DNA from: Anaeramoeba ignava BMAN | Taxonomy: Eukaryota; Protista; Anaeramoebae | Assembly: GCA_028826165.1 (NCBI GenBank) | Contig: JAPDFW010000086.1 | Coordinates: 1-64,000 of the forward strand | Length of the DNA stretch: 64,000 bases | Reading direction: 5' to 3' | In this document: positions 53,991-64,000 of the stretch, in pieces | Layout: every line of letters starts with the position of its first letter | Numbering within the stretch: position 1 is the stretch's first letter | Made by a program: the position numbers and the translations under genes | Notes under the pieces: generated by a model | The model's database searches: none | The model's input: the letters and a program-made list of their open reading frames with translations, nothing else | What the model was told of the DNA's origin: nothing

Positions 53991-56900
53991 ATGAATATTT
54001 TAAATAATATAATTGGAGGTTTTTTTAAAACAGTTGCATATTCTAAATTACCCAAAATAGAAGGGAAAATAGAAACTGATAAATTATCATCACCAGTTGA
54101 AATCAAAAGAGATAAATATGGAGTTCCTCATATTTACGCTAAAAATATAAATGATTTACTCTTTGCTCAAGGTTATGTTCATTCTCAAGATAGATATTTC
54201 CAAATGGAATTAGTAAGAAGAATTATTTCTGGAACTGCTTCTTCTGTTCTTGGTTATGATCCTGATCTTTTATTATCAGATATGTTCTTTAGAAGTTGTC
54301 AATTTTATAAACTTGCTGAACAAGAATATAAAAGTTCTTCTTTAGAATTGAGGAAATTAATTCAAAGTTATTGTGATGGAATTAATTTTTATTTGAGTGA
54401 ATGTTATAAATCAAATTCATTTTCTTTTGAAATTTCATTATTGAAAATTAAACCAAGAGATTGGGATTTTCTTGATGTTTCTGCTGTTACAAGATTTATT
54501 GGAGCTGAAATGACTTATGGTGTTTTTCGTAAACTTTATCTTGCTCAATTATCTCAACAATTAGGAATTGAAAAAACAATGGAATTTTGTAATGCTCCAA
54601 TTAATAAACCAACAGTTGTTGAAAATGGAATTGAAGTTAATGATGTTATTGAAAAAGTTATCTCAAATACAATGGAAAATGTTAAAACTATTCATAAAAC
54701 CAAAAAGAAAATTACAGGAGGATTTGCTGGATCAAATTGTTTTGCTATTTCAGGAAAATATACCGAATCAGGAAAACCATTTCTTTGTTCTGATCCACAT
54801 TTAGAATTAAGAATTCCTTCATTTTTTTATGAAAATCATCTTATTTCAAAAGATGGATATGATTTATATGGATATTCTATTGCTGGAGCTCCTTATATTT
54901 TGATTGTAAAAAATCAAAATTAAAATTAAAATTAAAATCAAAATTAAAATTAAAATTAAAATCAAAATTAAAATCAAAATTAAAATTAAAATTCAAATTA
55001 AAATTAAAATTAAAATCAAAATTAAAATTAAAATTAAAATTAAAATTAAAATTAAAATTAAAATTAAAATTAAAATTAAAATTAAAATTAAAATTAAAAT
55101 TAAAATTCAAATTAAAATCAAAATTAAAATCAAAATTAAAATTAAAATTAAAATTAAAATAAAATTAAAATTAAAATTAAAATCAAAATTAAAAATAAAA
55201 TCAAAATAAAAATTAAAATTAAAATTAAAATTAAAATCAAAATTAAAATCAAAATTAAAAATAAAATTAAAATTAAAATTAAAATCAAAATCAAAATCAA
55301 AATCAAAATTAAAATTCAAATCAAAATTAAATTAAAATTAAAATTAAAATCAAAATCAAATAAAGGGATTTAATGGTACATTTAGTTGGGGAATTACTTT
55401 AGGAATGGCAGATTCAGAAGATGCTTATTTAGAAAAAATTAAAGGAGATGAATATCTTTATAAAAATGAATGGAAAAAATTAGAAAGTTATCGAGAAACA
55501 ATTCAAATCAAAGATCATCCAGATCGTATATTTAATATTCTTAAAACAAGACATGGCCCACTTATTTCAACTTTTTATGATTCAAAATTAAATTTAAATC
55601 AACTTGAAAATCAAAATCAACTTGAAAATCAAAATGAAAATCAAAATCAAAATGAAAATCAAAATGAAAATGAAAATGATGAAATCCAATATCATATTTC
55701 TTTCCAATCAATTCTTTTTCAACATTATTCTGGAAAATCATTAGTTAATGCATTATATCTAGTTTCTCAAGCAAAAACTTATGAAGAATTTTCTTCTTTA
55801 GTTGATAATTGTTATTGTGGATCATTTAATTTTACATTTGCAGATAATAATGGAAATATTGGATATTATTTATCAGGAAAATATCCAATAAGAAATGAAA
55901 AGTGGATAAAACAATTTATACTTCCAGGATGGACAGGAGAATATGAATGGGAAGAAATGATTCCATTTGAAAAAAATCCACATTCACTCAATCCTAAACA
56001 AGGATATGTTGTTTCAACAAACAATAATCCAGGAAAAACAGAATATTATATTGGAACTAATTTTGATAATTATCGAGCAGAAAGATTAAATTATTTAATT
56101 CAAACATTTATTGATTCAGGCAAAAAATTCAAATATCAAGATTTAATGAAAATTCAAACTGATATCAAAACATTTTCAGGAAGAGATATTTCTTTAGCAA
56201 TTCAAAATCAATTTGAAGAAGTTCTTAAATCACACGATAATAAAAAGATTTCAGAATTATATGATATTTTTAAAAAATGGAATTATGATATGGATATCAA
56301 ATCTGTTGGAGCAACAATCTATTTTCTATTTGAAATGAAATTTTTTGAAGTTGTTATTAAAGAACAAGTAAAAGATTATCATTTATCAAAATTCTTAATT
56401 GGATCAAACTGCAATACTTTAATAAGAGGAATTACACAAGATTTTCTAACTTATCAAAGCTTTATTCTTTCAACAATTACAAATCCAAAATGTAAATGGA
56501 TTGAAGATTGTGGAGGATTAAATGAAGTTACTAAAACAATATTTGAAAAAATTTATGAATTTGGAAAAGAATATTTCAAAAGTGAAAATATTGAAGAATG
56601 GGAATATGGAAAACTTCATATAATCCAAATGGATCATCCATTTTCTCAGAAATTAAAGATATTTAATTCTTTTAACATTGGTATAATAATATTAAAATTC
56701 AAAATTAAAATTAAAATTAAAATAAAATCAAAATTAAAATCAAAATTAAAATTAAAATCAAAATTAAAATTAAAATTAAAATCAAAATTAAAATTAAAAT
56801 CAAAATTAAAATTAAAATTAAAATTAAAATTAAAATTAAAATCAAAATTAAAATCAAAATTAAAATTAAAATCAAAATTAAAATTAAAATTAAAAGGAAA

Positions 56901-57220
56901 ATCAAAATTAAAATTAAAATTGGAACTAAAATTAAAATTAAAATCATTTCATCCATCAAATGAAAAAATTAAAATAAATCATAAAATAAAATTAAAAATA
57001 AAAATTAAATAAAAAATTTAAAAATTAAAACAACCAGAAAATAAAATTAAAATCAAAAGTAATTTAAAAATAAAATTAAAAAAAATGAAAAATCAAAATG
57101 TTAAAAATCAAAATTTATGATAATCAATTTAAATTATGGTATGAATTAAAAATATCATCCATTATTAATGAAAGAAGATGATATTTTAGAAAGAAAAATA
57201 TCGATTAAATTTTACTTTAA
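53991..57220 (+). CDS. Penicillin acylase S45 (copy 2); last exon garbled (pseudogene or assembly artefact)
   Basis: Near-identical to copy 1 through exon 2 (intron 54906-55365, donor at 56681). Exon 3 is recognisable only as fragments within AAAATT repeat (56897-57115) plus an indel-containing tail. Confidence 0.8.
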
Positions 57221-57431
57221 AATTTTTTTCAATTCATTTTTAATTCAGGAAATTTTTCAATTTAATTTTTAAATTATTTTTAATTAAAAAATTCTTTTTC
57301 CGATTTTATTTTAGAAAAAAAAATTAATTAAACTTTTTAAAATTTTTTAATTAAAATTCAATTCTTTTTAAAAATTAATTAAAAATTTTTTATTTTTATT
57401 TTTCATTTTTTCCATTTTTTTCCTTTTTTTA

Positions 57432-58768
57432 ATGTATAATTGGGGTTTTGCTAAGAAAGAGGTGAGGTTAGATAAACAAGGGAATCAAACTGAAAAAAGA
57501 ATTTTGGGAACAAATTTATCCAAATACAAAATTACAAAAGCTTGATTTATCAAATAATTCTTTAACAACAGCTCCTTCAAATCTTGGAGAGTTTCCAAAT
57601 TTAAAGTTTTTAGATCTTTCTTTGAATAATTTTACAAATTTACCAAATGAACTCGCTAATCTAACAAAATTAGAAGAACTTAATTTATTCCAAAACCCAA
57701 ACTTGAAATCTCTTCCAAATTGTGTTTATGGAATGTCTAATTTAAAAAAATTAAATTTGAATGATACACAAATAAATTTTATTCCAAAAAAAATTTTAGA
57801 AACAGCAATTAAAAACCTTTCATTTGGCGGAAAAGAATATAAGAGTCGAAAGAAGATTACCAAATTATTGCAAGATTTAGAAAAGCAAAAAGAGGATTTT
57901 GAAAAAAACAAAAAGAATTAGAAAAGCAAAAAGAGGATTTTGAAAAGCAACAAAAAGAATTGGAAAAACAAAAAAAAGAATTGGAAAAACAACAAAAAGA
58001 TAACAAAAAAGGGAATCAAAATCAACAAGTTGGTACAAATCAAAAAAGGAGAGGATTAGATAAAGATAACAAAAGACGTCACACAGGAAGAAACAGTCCA
58101 ACAAAATCAACAAGTCCAACAAAATCAACAAGTCCAACATCTACAAATCAAAATACAGGACATTCGGATAAATCAAACAGAACATATTTGGAAAACATTC
58201 AAAACAACCAAAGCCAAAACTATCATAATTATCAAAATCAAGATCAAGATCAAAATCAAAATCAATATGCAAATCAATATGGAAATCAAAATCAATATGG
58301 AAATCAATATGCAAATCAATATGGAAATCAATATGGAAATCAATATCAAAATCAAAATCAATATGCAAATCAATATGGAAATCAATATGGAAATCAATAT
58401 GGAAATCAATATCAACAGCAATATCAAAATCAAAATCAAAATCAAAATCAAAATCAAAATCAAAATCAAAATCAAAATCAAAATCAAAATCGAAAAAGTC
58501 CAACTTCTCGAAATCAATCTTCAAAATATATCTCAGAAAGAGAGAAAAAAAAAATATTGGAAAAACAAAAATGGAACAATTAAAAAAAGAAAGAGAAAGA
58601 AATCCAACAAGTCAAGAATTGTCCAATTTTCTTCAAATTGTTGGTTTCGAACCAAAAATATTTGAAGATCCAAGTGATCAAGAGATTCTCAAAATGCAAT
58701 TTGAAATTCTTCGGGAAGAATTCAAGATGGATACTAAACAACTCCCAAAAGTAGAAATTGGTTATTAA
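57432..58768 (+). CDS. Small LRR protein with coiled coil and QN/Y-rich low-complexity region; apparent frameshifts
   Basis: LRRs (KLQKLDLSNNSL, LKFLDLSLNNF, LEELNLFQN), LEKQKEDF heptad repeats, NQYG repeats. Homopolymer shifts at ~57480, ~57905 and ~58567. Confidence 0.65.
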
Positions 58769-58890
58769 AATTTTCAAAAAAAAAATCCAAAAATTCAAAT
58801 TTCAAAATTTCAAAATTTCTTTTTTTTTTCTTTCATTCTTTTAAAAAAAAAAATCTAAAAAAAATAAAATGGGTTATTTTCTTTTTGGGA

Positions 58891-60607
58891 TCATTTCTTT
58901 TTTCTTGAATTTTTCAAATCATTTCTTTTTTTTGAATGTTTTTTTTTTAAGTTTTTTAATCTTTTTGGATTTTGTTCTAAATTTTGTTGATTTTCATTTT
59001 GAACTTCTTTTTCTTTTTCATTTTCATTTTGATTTTCATTTTGATTTTGATTTTGATTTTGATTTTGATTTTGTTGTTTAAAACGTTGTTTAGCGAGATG
59101 TTTTTCTTTCAGTAAATTAATTTGATCAGGAGATTTATGGATATATTTATGATATAAAACTTCTCCAGTTAATAAACCTTCTTCAACTTTAATAAGTTCG
59201 AATTTCATTCTTGGTCCAATTTCTATAAGACGAATAGCTTTTTGCCTATTTTGACTTGAATTTGTATTTGATTGAATATTCACAATTGCATCATTTGATT
59301 TTTCATTTGATTTTTCATTTTGTAAATTTTCTGTGTTGTCTTTAACAGAATCAAGAATATATTCAGAAATATCTTCTATTTTTGATAAATCTGGTATTTT
59401 TTTGTGAAGGAGACTTTCAATTCCATTTGTTATTCCAATAGGTCTCATTCTAACTAAATAATGTCTAAAATCAATGGTATCTTCTTCTGGGATATAATGA
59501 AATAAAGCGACTCTTTTACAATCTGGGAGGTTTATCTTTTTATATTTATATTTAATATTTTTATATTTAATATTTTTATATTTAAAATATTTTATATTTT
59601 TATATTTAATATTTTATATTTTATATTTTATATTTTATATTTATATTTAATATTTATATATTTAATATTTTTTATATTTAATATTTTATATTTAATATTT
59701 TATATTTAATATTTTATATTTAATATTTAATATTTTATATTTTATATTTAATATTTAATATTTTATATTTTATATTTATATTTTATATTTTTTATATTTA
59801 ATATTTTATATTTTATATTTTATATTTTATATTTTATATTTATATTTAATATTTATATATTTAATATTTAATATTTTATATTTAATATTTTATATTTAAT
59901 ATTTAATATTTTATATTTTATATTTAATATTTAATATTTTATATTTTATATTTATATTTTATATTTTTTATATTTAAATACCTCGCTAATTTTAATAGGC
60001 GGAAACATGTTTTGAAGCATAGTAGAAGTCAATTTAAGAGCTCTCTTTTTCCTCAAAGTATCCTGTTCATTATCCAAAGGAACAACAGAAGACTCAGCAA
60101 AGCCAGAAAGCACAACCAAAGGAGATTTAGCAAATTCCTTATTCGGACTTGGGGGATTTGGATGGAGCTTAATAACATCGCGAGAATTAGAAAACTCTCT
60201 CAGTTTAAAAGTCATAGTAGGGCCTCTCGGAAATCGAGTAATTCGAATATAAGCTGAGAATTTTTTTGACGTGAAAATCATCAAGTGACTTACACTAAGT
60301 GGTCCGCAAACTTGCAAAATATCTTGCATCGTATTTGAGTTTTTGATTCGAAGATTTGTTGATGTGTACGGATTCATCACTTTCCGCATATTTGCTATAA
60401 GTTCTTTTATTTTCTTCCCAACTGAACCCTTGTTGAAAATTAAACTGAATGGATTTTCATCATCTTCTAATTCTTTTCTTTTCTTTCTTTTTTGTTTTCT
60501 TTTTGTTCTTTTCTAATTTTTTAATTCAGAAAAAAATTTTTTAATTTTAAAAATTTTTAATTCAAAAAAATTTAATTCAAATTTATTTAATTTACTATTC
60601 TTCCCAT
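58891..60607 (-). CDS. PPAN: Brix-domain ribosome biogenesis protein PPAN/Ssf1, 3 exons
   Basis: 12-nt first exon MGRI (60607-60596); exon 2 60512-59982 (MRKVMNPYT, RFPRGPTMTF, PLVVLSGF, MLQNMFPPI); exon 3 IDFRHY...IEIGPRMKFELIKVEEG. Confidence 0.92.
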
Positions 60608-60797
60608 TGAAAAAAGTTTTTAGAAAAGAAAATGGAAAAAAATGAAAAAAATGAAAAAAAAAATGAAAATTAAAATTTTTTTTGTTGTTTTTAATAATCA
60701 AATCGATATTTTTCTAAAATTTACAGAAATATAAAAATGTTAATTTAAATTTAAAATTAATTTCTAAATTAAATTTTAACTCTGTTTTTTTTATTAA

Positions 60798-60995
60798 TTA
60801 ACCTTGTATCTCTTTTTGTTCAAGTTCTAATTTTTCTAATTCTGTTTTTGTTTTATTTTCTTCTTCTTTTAAATTTTCTACTTCTTTTTTAAGTGCATCT
60901 AAATTTGTTTTTAAACCTTCAATTTCACTTTGAATTTTTTCAATTTCATTTCTTTTTAAATTTTTTTCGGAAATTTTTGGTTCATTTAGATTCAT
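60798..60995 (-). CDS. Small coiled-coil protein (uncertain model)
   Basis: MNLNEPK...IEKIQSEIEGLKTNLDALKKEVENLKEEE heptads, with an upstream Inr-like motif. Confidence 0.4.
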   Translation of the reverse strand: MNLNEPKISEKNLKRNEIEKIQSEIEGLKTNLDALKKEVENLKEEENKTKTELEKLELEQKEIQG

Positions 60996-61090
60996 TTTTA
61001 AAAAAAGAGAAGAAGAAAAAAAATGAAAAAATTTAAAATTCATTTTTTTTTCTTCTTTTTCTATTTTCAATGTCATTTTTAATTCCATTG

Positions 61091-62386
61091 TCAAAATTAA
61101 AATCAAAACTAAAATAAAACCAAAATCAAAATCAAAATCAAAATCAAACTCAAACTCAAAATCAAAATCAAAATCAAAATCAAAATCAAAATCAAAATCA
61201 AAATAAAAATCAAAAATCAAAATCAAAATCAAAATCAAAATCAAAATCAAAATCAAAATCAAAATCAAAATCAAAATCAAAATCAAAATCAAAATCAAAA
61301 TCAAAATCAAAATCAAAATCAAAATCAAAATCAAAATCAAAATCAAAATCAAAATCAAAATCAAAATCAAAATCAAAATCAAAAATCAAAATCAAAATAT
61401 AAATCAAAATCAAAATCAAAATCAAAATCAAAATGAAAATGAAAATGAAAATCAAAATGAAAATCAAAATCAAAATCAAAATCAAAATCAAAATCAAAAT
61501 CAAAATCAAAATCAAAATCAAAATCAAAATCAAAATCAAAATAAATGAAAATCAAAATCAAAATCAAAATCAAAATCAAAATCAAAATCAAAATCAAAAT
61601 CAAAATCAAAATCAAAATCAAAATCAAAATCAAAATCAAAATCAAAATCAAAATCAAAATCAAAATCAAAATGAAAATGAAAATCAAAATCAAAATCAAA
61701 ATCAAAATCAAAATCAAAATCAAAATCAAAATCAAAATCAAAATCAAAATCAAAATCAAAATCAAAATCAAAATCAAAATCAAAATCAAAATCAAAATCA
61801 AAATCAAAATCAAAATCAAAATCAAAATCAAAATGAAAATCAAAATGAAAATCAAAATCAAAATGAAAATGAAAATCAAAATCAAAATCAAAATGAAAAT
61901 GAAAATTTAAATCAAAATCAAAATCAAAATCAAAATCAAAATCAAAATGAAAATGAAAATCAAAATCAAAATCAAAATCAAAATCAAAATGAAAATCAAA
62001 ATCAAAATCAAAATCAAAATCAAAATGAAAATGAAAATCAAAATCAAATCAAAATCAAAATCAAAATCAAAATGAAAATCAAAATCAAAATCAAAATCAA
62101 AATCAAAATCAAAATGAAAATGAAAATCAAAATCAAAATCAAAATATAAATTAAAACCAAAATCAAAATCAAAATCAAAATCAAAATCAAAATCAAAATC
62201 AAAATCAAAATCAAAATCAAAATCAAAATCAAAATCAAAATCAAAATCAAAATCAAAATCAAAATCAAAATATAAATCAAAATCAAAATCAAAATATAAA
62301 TCAAAATCAAAATCAAAATCAAAATCAAAATGAAAATGAAAATGAAAATGAAATTCAAAATCAAAATCAAAATCAAAATCAAAATA
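61091..62386. repeat. (CAAAAT)n/(GAAAAT)n microsatellite, ~1.3 kb
   Basis: Nearly pure hexamer tract seen directly. Confidence 0.97.
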
Positions 62387-62571
62387 AGACCATCTTTTGT
62401 GACTTCGATTAAGCTAAATTGTGGCGATAAAACAAGTTCTTATTGGATTAAATTTGGAGTTGCTCTTTTACTTTCATTGAAGAACTAAAAAAAACAAATT
62501 TTCAAAAATTTCCACAATTTTTTTTTCATTTTTTTTTTCTCATTTTTTTCCTTTTCTTGGTTCTTCTTTAA

Positions 62572-64000
62572 ATGTCACAAAAAAATACAAAACTTGTTCG
62601 AACAAAATTGAAAGTAATTTTTTAATTAATTTCTAAGAAAAAAGCCAAAATTAATTTTTTTTTTGGTTTAAATAGAAAAAATCAAAATCAAATTTGTCAC
62701 TTTTTATAAACAATTCCAAAAATAAATTTAAAGGAAATGAGCAAAAACAATTACAAAGTCTTCTTCAGGCTTTAAACTTACATTTTAAAAGACATCCTTT
62801 TTTAATAAAGAAAGAATTAACTTTATATGAATCAATTGGTAAAAAAATTATTAAAAATTTTTTCAAATTAAAATTTAATTAAATTTGTTTTTTAGAACTT
62901 CCTTTAAAAATTTTGAATAAAAATTCTCGAGAAATTATTACAAAATTTCTTATGGAATTTTCAGACAATTCAATTATTGATTTTGTGCCAACTCTTATAA
63001 AATCCATTTTTAGCGGAGAAAAGGAAGGTAAATTTTTTACAAAAGATTTTAGTAAGAAAAATCTCTATAATTCTTTTTTTTTTTCAAATTAGAAATTTTT
63101 AGTGTTACAACAAGAATAAGTGTTCGATTACTTTTCCAGTTAATATTTAGGTTACGCTATATGATTTTTCAACCTCAAGTTGTTCACGAATTATTTAATT
63201 CTTTGATGCATTTAGAAAGATATGATTTATTGAAAATGGGGGTTGTTGATAATCTCATTTGGAGTTTTGGGCAATTAGTATCTGTTGAGCCAGCGAATTG
63301 TTTAAAAAGTAGAACAAAATACAAAAAATTATTAAATTTAAATTAAAAATTAATTATTAAATTTAAATTAAAAATTAATTATTAAATTTAAATTAAAAAT
63401 TAATTATTAAATTTAAATTAAAAATTAATTATTAAATTTAAATTAAAAATTATTTATTAAATTTAAATTAAAAATTATTTATTAAATTTAAATTAAAAAT
63501 TATTTATTAAATTTAAATTAAAAATTATTTATTAAATTTAAATTAAAAATTAGTTTGGTTGATTGAGTTTCTTCCAATAATAAGTTTTGAAAAAACTGAC
63601 AAAATAATTTTACTTAAATTATACAGTTTTCTTGAACTTATACTTCAAAAATTAATGTAAAACAAAATCTAACAAAATTAAATCAAACAAAATTAACGAA
63701 AAAATCTAACAAAATTAAATCAAACAAAAAAATATAACGAAATTAACAAAATATAACAAAAAAATCAAACAAAATATAAAAAATAACAAAATTAAACAAA
63801 AATAAAATATAACAAAATTAAACAAAATTAAAAACAAAATCTAATTAAAATTAAATCAAACAAAATTAAACAAAATATAACTCAAAATTAAATATAACAA
63901 AATTAAATCAAACAAAATTAAATATAACAAAATTAAATATAACAAAATATAACAAAATATAACAAAATATAACAAAATTAAATATAACAAAATTAAATAT
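62572..64000 (+). CDS. Uncharacterised multi-exon helical protein, 5' part only (runs off window)
   Basis: MSQKNTKLVRTKLK followed by in-frame GT-AG exons (~62676-62838, 62896-63027, 63093-63308, 63554-63656). Introns include a ~25-bp x ~9 repeat at 63331-63552. Confidence 0.6.

Noticed and set aside
61091-62386. Telomeric repeat
   Set aside because: The tract is internal, has no G-run, and the same hexamer occurs in many exons and introns.

Overview
Extremely AT-rich eukaryotic (protist) nuclear DNA in the standard genetic code, gene-dense, with GT-AG introns often filled by microsatellites. PPi-dependent PFK and a TCATTTT initiator-like motif suggest an anaerobic, possibly metamonad (Anaeramoeba-like) protist; this is inference only. 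Contents left to right: two ~4.14-kb tandem units, each a 5S rRNA gene plus an intronless FG-GAP beta-propeller/FN3/TM surface protein; a third inverted paralog; PPi-PFK; a TM/ARM-like protein; LST8; a Hippo/MST-like kinase with a SARAH-like tail; a myristoylated LRR-PP2C with degenerate metal ligands; CDK10/11; a 43-copy ~73-bp minisatellite; an unexplained structured non-coding island; a GLFS-repeat protein ending in an HNH-like domain; major vault protein; ATG3; p24/TMED; KDSR; a CHRAC1/POLE4-like histone-fold protein; two tandem penicillin-acylase (S45) genes; an LRR/QN-rich protein; PPAN/Ssf1; a 1.3-kb (CAAAAT)n tract; and a partial gene. The best candidates for new biology are (1) a 5S-linked family of variable-head/constant-stalk receptors, (2) the array + structured island + GLFS-HNH locus, (3) AAG/poly-A 3' splice sites, and (4) an A-to-T third-position flip within exons. 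Gene models were spliced by eye. Several homopolymer frameshifts look like assembly errors.
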